Source: the human T2T-CHM13v2.0 reference genome, Homo sapiens. Taken from it: 64,000 nucleotides of DNA. Location of the stretch: the NCBI RefSeq assembly GCF_009914755.1, contig NC_060930.1. One strand, 5' to 3'. The notes beneath the pieces were generated by a model that saw only the letters and a program-made list of their open reading frames with translations, did no database searches and was not told the origin of the DNA. The translations under genes were made by a program, and so were the position numbers. Shown here in pieces: positions 1 through 12,335 of the stretch. Position 1 is the first letter of the stretch. Every line of letters begins with the position of its first letter.

Positions 1-726
1 TCCTTCCAGTCTTTTTTCTGAACATATGTCGCTGGAATCTCAAATTATTGGGATCCATAACATTTTATATTTTTCCCCAATAATGCAATAAGTAGATAAT
101 TTAAACAAACCCAACTCTCATCCCTACTTACATACAACTCACATACTTCTTTCTTGCTGAATAGCACTTCCATCATTAGCATTTTGGACTGATTTTATAC
201 TTTTCAGGTGCCTTTCGTTACTAGACTGTTATAACTGAGAAATTATTATTTGAATTCAATATTGATCCAAAGCTTTGGTATTTGTCTTTCAACAGAGGCA
301 GATCAATGACTCCAGTCCCTTAGTGTAGAGAAAGGTCAGTCTGGTACTGAAAATCTTCTTCATTTTTCCTTTTCTATTTGTTCCTCAGGGTTTGTCACCA
401 TTGAGTGATAAAGGTGTCAGGTCCCAATTGTCAGTTCATTGTTGGCTATGTGGATTTAGAATACATGGTACTTAGCAATTTTTGAACTTAGCTGTGTGCT
501 TCAGGCACAATTCTGAAACAATAGGAAAAGTTTTGCAAAGCTATACATACACAAACATAGCCTTAATTTTTTATAAAAATGGGACTTACTATACAAATTC
601 TTTGTAACTATTTTTAACATGTATTATATCATAACATTGTTCTATATTGAGCATCATTAATAAAACTTTCATCTTTTCTACATTACAATGATAACACATA
701 CTTCTCTTAACAATTGAAATGACATA

Positions 727-1180
727 CAAATATTCCTTGATTTACAATGAGGTTATATCTAGATAAACCGGTTGTATGTTGAAAATATTAAGTCAAAAAT
801 GCATTTAATGCACTTAACCTTTAAAACATCATAGGTGAGCCTAGCTTACCTTAAATGTGCCCAGAACACTTCCATTAGCCTACAGGTGGGCAAAGTCATC
901 TAACACAAAATCCCTTTTATAATATCTCTTGTAATTTATTGAATACTGCACTGGAAGTGATAAACAGAATGGTCGTTTCAGTTGTTTACCCTTGTGATTG
1001 CGCAGCTGACTGGGAGCTGTAGCTCACTGCTGCTGCCCGGCATCCTGGGACTGTATCCTGCAGCTAGCCAGAGAAGAGAGCAACATTCAAAGTATGGTTT
1101 CTAGTAAATATGTATTGCTTTCACATCATCATAAAGTTAAACAATTGTATGTCGAACCATAGTAAGTCAGGGACCATCTG
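727..1180 (+). mobile_element. MER6-family TcMar-Tigger non-autonomous DNA transposon
   Basis: Degenerate TIRs: caaatattccttgatttacaatg at the 5' end vs revcomp of catagtaagtcagggaccatctg. TA target duplication at 725-726 and 1181-1182. Body resembles the MER6 consensus (ttagcctacag.tgggcaaa.tcatctaacacaaa). Confidence 0.85.
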
Positions 1181-1997
1181 TATTGCAAAATGCATAAAAG
1201 CCATGATAGTTATCTTTCTCTACTTCTCTTTCTCATCTCATTGAGATAACCAATGCTAATAGCCTAAAATGCTCACTTTCAATCCTTTTTTGTTGTTCAT
1301 GAATATATATATATATACAGGCATATATATTTACATATATTATATCCACTGTTTTCTTTGTTATTAAAGTAGAATCATATGATATACACACACCTTTGCA
1401 ACTTTCTTTTCCCCTGAAAGAGTGACTCCCCATCAGTTGGAAGAGTAAGATTTAACAGTTTTCCAATACAATTGTCTATAAATACAGATACATGTAGACA
1501 AATACAATTTTATTTAAATTAGGTTTTTTTCATGGGCACACCCGTTTCCTTCCCTCTCTTCTCTCAGGCAGTCTGTGCCAAAAAAAAAAAAAAAAGCAAA
1601 ACAAAACCCTCAGGTATATAAATCTTTTCTTTTTTCACATAATCTTCCATACATTTTTTCCCTCTTTCACTCACACACCTGCATGAGTGTATAAAATAGA
1701 GCAATTGATAACTCCAAACACTCTTTTCTGCATATTACCTTTAAAAAAATCAACAGTAAGGCTTCGAATGATGATTGAAAAGACCCAGTTCAAATATACA
1801 GCTTCTCCTCAGATCCTTGGGGCCATACCAAGATGGAACACATTTATGGGGCCAATATAAATCTTTCTCCAAGGTGTCCATTAACCCTCGGATCTCTGAA
1901 GAGTAAACAATCAGCAGACTCAATTCAGACTCTGCTCCAAGGCTTTCCAGATTGTCCCCTAAAGCCTCCAGGTTACCAAGATCTTGTATTTCTCAAA

Positions 1998-2190
1998 CAG
2001 CGTTTCTCAAACATTTGGTTCAAATCCCTTTATATTCTTGTTATTCAGGACCAAAATACTTTTATTTTTGTGGGCAATATCTCTGAACATTGATCGTATT
2101 AGATATGAAAACTAAGAAACTTTGAAAATATTTGTTCACATTTAAAACAGAAATAATAAATGTGTTACATGTAAACATACTACATTTTGA
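1998..2190. mobile_element. hAT-Charlie-type DNA transposon fragment (MER119-like)
   Basis: Begins cagcgtttctcaaacatttgg..ccctttatattctt..gaccaaa, a typical Charlie terminus. Subfamily uncertain. Confidence 0.5.
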
Positions 2191-3239
2191 AAAATATTAA
2201 GTAAATTAATGCATAATAAGACTATATGCTATACTTAGGTGTTGAATGTGGCTATGGAAAGTTTTATAAAAATGACAGATGAATAACAACTCCTTTTCTG
2301 TTCATACACCTACATTAACTTTTTTTTTAAAATGTAAAGGTGTATTCTGTATTACAATTGTTCCTGGATAGAAAATAATTAGCCTTGACTGTTATGGAAA
2401 GAAAATAGAGATGACTAAGACTCCAAATATTTGATGAACTACCTGTTGTCATCAAAACGTTCTGAGAGAAATATAAAGTTGTCCTATCACAAGCACATAC
2501 ACGCTATGCATTACAACAGGACCTGTGTTGCAAACTCTTTGTGGCCTCTCCTCAGACATACGTTCATAAATTAGATGGTTCTGGCTCCCTTACATGTGTT
2601 CAACTTACAAAACTTGCCACTTCTTTTTGAAGAGTACCTAACAACTATGAACCTATCTACTCCCTCACTGGAAGCTTCTTCCCATAGTAAAAAAGGTGAT
2701 TTGTTTCCTTAGCTTTGACTCATGTTAACTCTGTGACCATCTACCTTTGAGTGAAGGCTGGAGAGAATGAGTAAGTAAGTGAGTGAGTGAGTGTTTGTGT
2801 GTGTGTTTTATAGGGAGATTGCTGGCAAGGAGCTCCTCCTAGAGGTTAGGGAATGCATCTCCCAGTATGTGAAGTTATAATTGTTTTAAGAAACTAAATA
2901 CAATGTCAAGCGTGCATATGCTCTGTTAGTATAGATGTATATATAGGAAACCAAATTTTTTTTCTATGTGTGTGTAAAAATTTTGTCTTCAGAAGTTGTG
3001 TCTTCAAACATTTGGGGTCTGTAAGAAAGTCACAGTAAATAAAAGTCATCTTGATCAACTGTGCCACTTTATAAGTAAGAAAAATAATAACAATCATTTG
3101 AAATCTGTTGGCTATCAGAATTTTTGAAATCTTGGACATATATCCCCCAAGCACAATGTTCCACCTTTCCATTTTCAGTGGTCAAAAATTTTAAATTGAA
3201 GTTTCTTAACTAGAACTTATGACAGAGATATTTAATAAA

Positions 3240-4200
3240 TAAATTTAGATTTAAAGAATTCTTACAAAGACAGTATAGAGAGTTCCAGTATATCCTATGC
3301 TCAGTTTCCCCTATTAACAACTGAAATTAAAATAGTACATTTGTCATAGTTATTGAACCAATATTGATACAACATTATTAACTAAAGTTCATTTTAGATT
3401 ACTTTTTTAGATTCCCTTGGTTTTCCTGTTTTTTTTCATATAAATTATTTATTAACAGACAAGGCCCACATGCCAATTTCTTCTTGGACACACCCACAGC
3501 AGGGCCACTGCAGCCAGTGGTCTTGGCGTCCTTGCCTCAGACATGAAGGCCCCAGAAGTGGCACAGCCCTCTATTGGCCTGAATCTTCTTCAGTCACTCC
3601 AGATCTTCACAGACCTTGTTTTCCAGACCATTGGTCAGGACCTGGCTATATTTTCCATCCTTTATATACTTCTGTCTGTTTAAGGACCAGTCTGGGATCT
3701 TGTACTGGGGTAGATTTTGTATAATGGTGATCACAGGTTCCACCTCATCCTCAGTGAGTTCTCCTGCCCTCTTGGTGATGTCAATGTCTGCTTTCCTCAA
3801 CACCATGTGAACATATCTTCAACCCACACCCTTAATGGCAGTGATGGCAAAGGCTGTTTTCCACCGCCCATTGATGTTGGTGTTGAGTATTCGCAAAATA
3901 TGCTGGAACTTCTCAGGGATCACTATGGATATGGCAGCAACACAAGTGGAGGTGTGGAGGCCACCTGTGGAACAGCTCAATTTTCCTTAACGTCCTTTTT
4001 CTGTCCTAAAATCCCAACCAGCATACCACATTACAATTAGTTGTCCTGTGTCCTGTGTCTTGTTTGTGATAGTTTCTCAGATGTTCCTTGTTTTTGATGA
4101 CTGACAGTTTTCAGGGTTACTGCTCAGATACTTGGATATTTGGTAGAATATCCCTTAGTAGAGATTTGTCTGAACTCTCTTTTGTGGTTAGAATGCACTA
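3240..4200 (-). mobile_element. L1MC-family 3' fragment, split by the RPS18 pseudogene
   Basis: Motifs ttgaaccaatattgatac..ttaactaaag (left) and gtcctttttctgtcc..ataccacattaca.ttagttgtc..agtttctcaga..ttccttgtttttgatgac (right) are collinear with the antisense L1MC 3' end. Confidence 0.7.
3428..3975 (-). pseudogene. RPS18: Processed pseudogene of 40S ribosomal protein S18 (uS13)
   Basis: ORF 3594-3806 translates [48 protein letters not shown], i.e. RPS18. The intronless copy keeps the 5'UTR (to ~3975) and all 152 codons in frame (3932-3477), the AATAAA and a poly(A) remnant (T-run 3429-3436). Start ATG>ATA (3930-3932). TGA stops at Arg codons 38, 113 and 132. Degenerate TSD cttggttttcct (3416-3427) / ctcaattttcct (3976-3987). 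Confidence 0.97.
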
Positions 4201-4639
4201 TATGTTCTGGGCAGTACTATAGAGTTTTATTTGGCCTCAGCATAGTAATCATGTCAGAGTTCCTGGCTCATGGCCAAGTTTCCCAAGAGATGGTCTTCAA
4301 GTAGAATACGCTTAGCAAAAGGTGATCAGGAAGTTCAGAGTTTCTAAGTGCTCAAGGGTGCTTTAGAACATGTACATTTTCAGGAAGTTTCTGGACCCAC
4401 ATAAATATTGTATTTGTTCCTTGTTCCTAGGAGGCTATTTAATATTATGTATATGGAAGGACAATCACCAAGAAAGTTAACCCAATACCCTACAAAGATA
4501 AAGTGGCTTTACTGATAGGATGCACATTCAACCCAATTTGACAGGGACATTTTCAAATTCTAGCGGTTGTCCCATTGTCATTTTTAATAGCCTCTGCTCT
4601 TAACTTAAAAATGCTGTAGGTTATATACTACATTTCATC

Positions 4640-4921
4640 ATGGATTTATTTCCTACTGCTGCTGTAACAAATTGTCACAAATACAATGACAGAACACAGT
4701 TTTTTTTTTATTGTACAGTTTGGAGATCAGAAGGTAAAAGTCAGGTTTAACAGGCTGAAATCCTGATATATGCAGGACATCAGCAGACTCTGTGGAGAAC
4801 CCATTCGCTTGCCTTTTCTCCCTTCTATTGGCTGTGGCACTCATGCAAGGTAAGATATTTACAGGTTTGAGGTATTAGGGTGTGGAAATCTTTGGAGTAT
4901 CATTATTCTGATCACCATACA
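4640..4921 (-). mobile_element. MLT1 (MLT1C-like) MaLR solo LTR, internally deleted
   Basis: tttcctactgctgctgtaacaaatt...cagtttggagatcagaag...cttgccttttct...cattattctgatcaccataca match the antisense MLT1 ends. Confidence 0.7.
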
Positions 4922-5635
4922 CTGTAGTAACAAAGAGCAATTAAAAGTTAAAAAAAATCAGTTTTGAGCCATGAAGCTTGTGGGTTTTGGGTATAAGACT
5001 TAACTCTGATAATGCATTTAAATGTAACTCATTGCCCCTCCGTGCATTTTTATCATTCATCTGCTGTTCAGATATAAAAAGATAAATTATAATAATGTAT
5101 GATAACTTTTGGTGATAAAATGCTGTGAGAAGGCAAATAGCATAAATTTATGACTGTGTTTATTAGCTACACTCCCCTCTCCTAACATTGCAATATGGAC
5201 CAAGCAAAAGCAGGTGAGTTTATGTGGCAAAATCGTAAAATTTCCAAACAGAGTTTCTTGAGAGTTTCAAGGTCTCAACATTACGTTATTGGTTTTCTGC
5301 CTTACTAATTCTGTGATGTCCTAATAAATTAGACAACTTTATAGAGTCATTTCTTAAAGACAGCTTGGTGAATTTCTTCGGAGTGACTAAACAGAGGAAG
5401 AGTTGCCTGTAGATGTGGCAGTGTAGACAGTGGTAGTGGACAAACAAGTAATACGGTAAAATGGAATCCTTCTAAACATATGACTTTTAAAACTAATAGT
5501 TGATTTCTAGCACATTGCCAAGGACATTTCTAATAAGTGTAACTCAATTATTTCCATGTACATTTTAGATAAAAATAATTCAGTACCCTTCATGGTTAGA
5601 TATTTATTCATCCATAGCTGAAGGCTGCTTTAATC

Positions 5636-6197
5636 TGTGATGGCATAAAAATAGCCACAAATATTTTGATGCTTCTTCTAATGAGAGGTGAGGTCTGTGA
5701 ATCCTCCCTTGAGTTGGGGCTAGGCTCTGACTGTTTTAAATAATGTAGTATAGTGAAAATGATGCTATAGCGGTTTTGACTGTAGATTTTAAGAGGATGA
5801 GCAGCTCATTCCTCTTGGTGCATTGACCAACCATGTCAAGGTCTGACTGACCTGAGTTCTCCGTGCTGTGAGGAAGCCCTAGCTAATGTTAAGGTCATAT
5901 AGAACAAGGGGAAGAGAGAGGGAGAGAGACAGAGAGAGGGAGGGGGGTGGGGGAGGAGAGAGAGAGACAGAGAGAGATACCTTGCTCGCTCTCAGCTCTT
6001 TCTGTTTACTCCAGACACGCAAGTCATTGCAGTATCCCAGTTGGGATGTTTTTGTGGATCAGAGATGAACTATCTTTGCTGAGCCCCACTCAAATTTCTG
6101 AGCCCAAAATTGAAAAAATAAGAAAATGATTGCTGTTCTATGCAAAATTTAGATTTCAGTGTGTTATATTTTACAGCAGTCGTTAATAACTGCATAC
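5636..6197 (+). mobile_element. MLT1G/H-like MaLR solo LTR with internal (GA)n tract
   Basis: 5' end tgtgatggc..ccacaaata; gctgtgaggaagccc; gctgagcccc..aaatttctga; 3' end ttacagcag..ataactgcata. (GA)n at ~5912-5977. Confidence 0.7.
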
Positions 6198-6859
6198 TCA
6201 AAGTGTACGCCTTCATTCTTAAACAACTTGCGGGAAATCTCCCTATTAACTGTTTTCTATCCACCCTTCAAATTTTGGAGTTCCTTCAGTTGGCTCACAT
6301 ATGGTTTGTAATGCCTGGCTGATCTCTTTCAATGGATACTTTGCTTAGAGTATCTGCTTAATTATTCATTCCAGGTTAAACCCAGACTTAAAATTTGTGT
6401 TTTGTTTTACACTTTCTGTATGTGCCAAAGGCTGGCTCTTGTACATGTAAACTGACCTCTTGATCCCAGAAGTCTAACTGCGAGTTAAGTAGAGACAACC
6501 ACTGATACATTTGGGATAGAAAATTTTGATTTTTATTATGGCAACCTGACCTAAGGGGCCATTAAAAAAAAATCTTAGAAATTTTAGCATTTATTTAACC
6601 CTTGCTTTAAAGAGTACACTACATAGCATATTTGAATTTGAAAAAAAAAGGTTTTCATATTTCTGTTGTTTTCAGAGTATTAAAATACACAAAAAATTAC
6701 CACGTCCCAACTACTTTTCTAACCACTTGAGTTATAATAGTGAGCAAAAAAGGGCAAAGATCCTGCTGTCATCAAATTTTACTTTTAGTGGTGAGAAAGA
6801 GAAAATGTACATATAAAAAAACAACAAATATGTAAGTGATATGTCTGGCCATTTGGTCC

Positions 6860-7045
6860 TTTCTGGTAGCCACTGGACACATATAGCTATTTAAATTTAA
6901 ATAAAATTTAGTTGTAAATTCAATTTAAAAACTTCAGTTCCCCAGGCACACTAGCCAACTTTCAAGAGCCCAGAAGTCTGCTATATTGCACAGTATGGAT
7001 TACAGAAACTTTCCATCATCACAGAAAGTTCTTTTGGTTGGACTA
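6860..7045. mobile_element. MER3 hAT-Charlie element
   Basis: ggtagccact..cacatatagctatttaaatttaaa..ttcagttcc..cactagcca..tttcaag..tttccatcatcacagaaagttct. Confidence 0.75.
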
Positions 7046-7969
7046 GAAAAGTAAGACAAGATAAGGATAGGTGGTCACAATAATTTCAAATTCAAGAGGA
7101 ATAAAGATATTTCTGAGTGTCTTTTTAGAGCATTATATAGATCTCTTTATGTGCCTCATAAGTATCATAATTCTCAAGAGATGATTAATTTTTCTTAGTT
7201 GAAAGAAGAAGGTGAATTTGTTGTTCTTCAGCATTCATTAAGGGCACAGTTTAGAATTTCTTCATCTTTCTTTTTTAAATCCCTTTACAAGAAAGGAGAG
7301 GTAGTATATTAATGATGGTCTTTACTACTTCTGCTGTGGTTTGAATTACACAAAATGTTTACAGATGCTATGAAAGAGCTCTGGATGATTACTGAATATT
7401 AATCATATTTAGATTAATGCGTATTTATTGTAAGAAAGAATGTAACATACAGTAACAAATCAAATAATATTGAAGCCTAAACTTTTGCCACATTAGGATT
7501 CAAATTTGACTTTCAAGGAAAACGTAATTCATAAAATATTTATTTCAAGAGATAGAATTTTAATTTAGTTAAATGTTATTGAACAAAATATATCAAACTT
7601 CTGCCTCTGGCTAATTGGATTTTGATTGCTTTTTAGTTATCATCTTCTGTCTTTGGTTCATCAAAAAGATCTATATCTGCACTCAAATTTTAGTGAAATA
7701 ATTGTTACTCGCGCATACATATTTCTGTTATGATCATGTTATATTACCATTTAAATATATTTTAGGTGAAATGTTAATGAAGTGGAAAGGCTTACCACTG
7801 TGTCACTGAATAAAAAAATTTAACATATAATACTAGGAGATTAGAAAGAACAAAATATATTGATGAGAAAAAATTAAAACAATTAGTGATAGAAAGCCAT
7901 AACAAACTTTGAATCAAAAGGAACTTCTTCAATCGTCAGATAAAAGTAGCTACAAAAATCTCTCAGTAA

Positions 7970-8286
<317 letters not shown>

Positions 8287-8371
8287 CTAATGTTCAGTTT
8301 TATAACATTCATTCTACGTATTATGAGAGGTCTTAGCATTTATATTTTCACAAAGAAAAAAGAGGGGCGTA

Positions 8372-8500
8372 GGCAGGGCATAATGGCTCATGCCTATAAT
8401 CCTAGCAGTTTGGGAGGGTGAGGTGGGAGGATCACTTGAGGCCTAGAGTTCAAGACCAGCCTGGGCACATAGTGGGACCCCATCTGTACAAAAAGAAGAA
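8372..8500 (+). mobile_element. Alu left monomer (FLAM-like)
   Basis: ggcagggcataatggctcatgcctataatcc..ggatcacttgagg..gagttcaagaccagcctggg, then an A-rich tail. aagaaaaaagagg occurs on both sides. Confidence 0.85.
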
Positions 8501-8689
8501 GGGAATAAAGAACAAGAAAAAAGAGGTTCAAGGGTTAGAAAGGAAGCAAAACCGCTATTATTATTCACAAATAATATGTAATATGATTACTAAGTTCAAT
8601 ACAAATAGTCGCCAGGATTTCTGTTCAACAAGAACATCTATTTTTGGAAGTTTCATTTATGATAGAAATAATATTATGGGATAGTTATG

Positions 8690-8752
8690 AGTTTTATGAA
8701 AAAGTTTTATGAAAAATATTTATAAGTTTTATGAAATATAAGTTTTATGAAA
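8690..8752. repeat. Short tandem array, 4 copies of agttttatgaaa
   Basis: Copies at 8690, 8703, 8725 and 8741. Confidence 0.85.
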
Positions 8753-9125
8753 AAGTATTTAAAAATGTTGAAAGATATTTAGAAAGTTCCAAATATGTGA
8801 AAGAAAATGCTATGCTCATAGATAGTCTTCTCCCATAAAGATATATATTGTCCTAAACTACTTTACAGAGTCAACAGGATTCCAATAAAAAAAGCAAAAA
8901 ACTTATACAAACAAGGACACACATTACAAAATGGAGGAGAGAAGCTACAAGAATAGTTAAGGCATATTGAAAAAGAATAAGATTGGCTGGGGAGGGGAGC
9001 ATTTTCTATGTGGAAAGATATATTACAAAATCTTAATAGTTAAGAGTATCTGTTTTGTCTCAGCAATAAACAAATACAGCAATGAAAAGGTTGGAGAGAG
9101 GAGAAACAGACCTAACCATACAGAG

Positions 9126-10077
9126 ATTAAAAACCAAAACTTTTAGATTCAGGGGTACATATGCGGTTTTGTCATACAGGTAAACTTGTGTTACAGGGGT
9201 TTGTTGTACCGATTATTTCATCAAGTAGTTACTAAGTGTAGCACCTAATAGTTCTTTTTTTTCTGATTCTTTCTTTCCTCCCACCCTCCAACCTCTGATC
9301 GGCCCCAGTGTGTGTTGTTCCCCTCTATGTGTCCGTATTCTCTCATCACTTAGTTCCCACTTAGAGGTGAGAACATGTGGTTTTCTGTTCCTGCATTAGT
9401 TTGTTAAGGAAAATGAAGTCCAGCTCCATCCATGTTTCTGTAAAGGACATGATCTTATTCTTTGTAATGGCTGCATAGTATTCCATGGTGTATACGTACC
9501 ACATTTGCATTATTCAAGCTGCCATTGATGGACATTTAGGCTGATTCCATGTCTTTGTTACTGAGAATGGTGCTGCAATAAACATGCTTGTGCGTGTGTC
9601 TTCATGGTAGAATGATTTATATTCCTTTGGGTATATACCCAGTAATGGTATTGCTGGGTTAAATGGTATTTCTGTTTTTAGCTCTTTGAGGAATTGTCAC
9701 TCTGCTTTCCACAATGGTTGAACTAATTTACACTCCCACCAACAGTGCGTAAGTGTTTCCTTTTCTCCCCAACATCGCCAGGATCTGTTATTTTTTGACT
9801 TCTTATTAATAGTTATTCTGACTGGTGTGAGATGGTATGTCATTGTGATTTTGATTTGCATTACTCTAATTATCAGTGATATTGAGCTTTTTGATTGCAT
9901 ACATGTCTTCTTTAGGAAAATGTCTGTTCTTGTCCTTTGATCACTTTTTCAGGGGGTTGTTTAATTTTTTTTCTCATAAATGTGTTTAAGTTCTTCATAA
10001 TTGCTGGATATTAGATCTTTGTCAGATGCATAGTTTGCAAATATTTTCTCCCATTCTATAGGTTGTCTATTCACCCT
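9126..10077 (-). mobile_element. 5'-truncated L1PA15/16-like element
   Basis: Antisense L1 3'UTR and ORF2 C-terminus (ORF 9697-9900, [15 protein letters not shown]). TSD catacagag at 9117-9125 and 10078-10086. Confidence 0.9.
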
Positions 10078-11539
10078 CATACAGAGTTCTGATAGATTAC
10101 TGATGTGATAATGTTTATTAGTCAAAATATTTGGAACATCTCAAAAAATAAGCTCTGAATATTAGTTATCCACATGAAAAAAATGAAATATTATACCTAT
10201 GCCTAAAATCAAACCCAGAAGAATTTTAGAACAAAATTCTTATTCTCTAAGATAGGAATTAATTTCTCAAAGCACAAAAATCATGTCTTCAAAGGAGAAG
10301 TTTAATGAATTTTTCAACTATAACAAAAATAAGACATAGTCATCAAAATAACTATGAAGTAAAAGACAAGCTACACCCTAGCAGAAGATGTTTGCAACAT
10401 ATAGCACAGGAAAATAATTATTATTCAAACTACATAAATAATTCCTTCATGCCAGTGAGAAAAACTATATAGAAACCACATAGAAAAAAACAATTGGCAA
10501 ATATGTAAAGGGAAAGAGGAAACATAGATATATATTTTATCTTATTTCTTCATAAGAAAATATAAATTAAACCTATAATGAGATGTCATTGTAAAGGACT
10601 GGGTTGGCAAAAATTAAAATAAACTAATAATACAAATGTTGTCATGGATACAAAATAGCAGGAACTTTAATAAATTGCTGGTGGTTTTAAAAATTATTAT
10701 AAATACTCTGTAAAACCATTTGACAATATATAATAAAGTTGAATACATGTATATAGTAAGGCAAAATAATTTTATTTTTAACTGTGTACTTAAGACAATC
10801 TGAATATCCATAGTGAAATAGACAAACATATGTTGATATATATACAATGGTATATTATATATGAAAATAAATGAACTTTGGTTACATATATCACCATAGA
10901 TACACTTCAAAAAAAGAATGGGTGAAAAAACATGTCTAGAGAAGTACTCATGCTATGATTTCATATATATAATTTAAAAAAGGTTATTCATATATTATTT
11001 AGAGATAATATAGATGGACAGGTAATATGTATGTTTTCTTGCTATTTTTAATCTTTGTAAAAATATGTAGTATGTAAAGAAAATATATATGTTATTTTTA
11101 CTAGAATTGAGGTGAATTTCATATTTGTTAATTGCTTACCCAATACCTGGTACAAGACTTCTTGATACACATAATTATAAAGCTAGATATTATTGTTTTA
11201 AACAGCTATTGCCTTAGCATCTAAGACATACCAAAATAGTGAATTTTCTTTGGTTTGAAATATAGGACAAAGAGAAATTCCAGAGAGATAGGCTATTATT
11301 TGGGGGGCATCTTTTTACTGAAGAAGTTGCTATTTTGGGGGCAAAATAATGAGTGCTTTCAACAGCTTCCTAGGGCTAGGGATCCACTGGGGATGGAGAT
11401 TTTGGAAATCATCCTCTGCCTTGGGTTGAGACTCCCAAAGGGTGCCCTCACGTAAGGTAAGCAAGATAAAATGTCCCTGCAAGCACTACCATCTGGGTTG
11501 CATCCTCTGGATGCCACAGTAGCACTAGCATGGAAGTGT

Positions 11540-12335
11540 CTCAAACCACTATAACCCAGGAACCAAGTAGAGACACACAACATTCTCTCTGGTAGAAGAA
11601 AACATAATTCTATATCTGACATTACTGCAACAAATAACTTTGTAAATACAAAGACAAGGTGTGGTAGGAGATAAATGAGAACTAATTTGAAAAATAAAAA
11701 GACTGCAGAAGCATATCTACAGAGAGGCCTGAGAACAACTATGCTTACTATTTTTAAACACACAAAAGCCCAATGTAAACATTTTATAATGAAAAGGGAG
11801 ACAATAGATTTGGAAAAACTAAGACATGTTAGAACTGAAAAATAATTTAGAACACAATGAACATATTTAAGAGTAGATTAAACAAAATTAAATAAGTAAT
11901 TGGTACCTGGAAGGTCAGACAGAAAGAATTATCTAAAATGAAATATTAAATGAAAAAATAGATGAAAATACAGAAGAAAGTATATAATATCTTTAAGATA
12001 CAGGGAGAAAGACTGGCATACAATTTAATACAAATCACAGTAAGAGTGAAAGGAGAGAGGAAACCAAAGACACTATATTAGGAATAGTAGCTAAGAATTT
12101 TCTAAAACCAATAGGACATCAGATTCAAGGAAGCCGTCAAATCCGAAATAGGACAAAAATTATTGTACACTACTACACTGCATAGCAGACACACAGAAAA
12201 AATCTTAATGTAGCTATAGTGAAAGAAAAACATATTTTGTAAAGAGCAGTTAGTCCAATAGTTAACTTCTTGACAGCTACAATGGAAGCCAAAGACCGGG
12301 AAATAATGTTTTCAACTGGGCAGAAAATCATCACA
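11540..12335 (+). mobile_element. Ancient L1M ORF1 region
   Basis: ORF1-type remnants agtagattaaaca, gctaagaattttctaaaac, cagattcaaggaagcc, aacttcttgacagctacaatggaagccaaagac. Confidence 0.65.

Noticed and set aside
361-1620. Strong-looking splice acceptors at ~388 and ~1567 (also ~21826)
   Set aside because: No convincing paired donor or coding frame; polypyrimidine-AG is common in AT-rich DNA.
3594-3806. 70-aa RPS18-like ORF as a functional gene
   Set aside because: It is the interval between two nonsense mutations in a processed pseudogene that has lost its start codon.
11359-11763. 134-aa hydrophobic minus-strand ORF
   Set aside because: Partly antisense to A-rich L1 remnants; non-ATG start; no recognisable domain.
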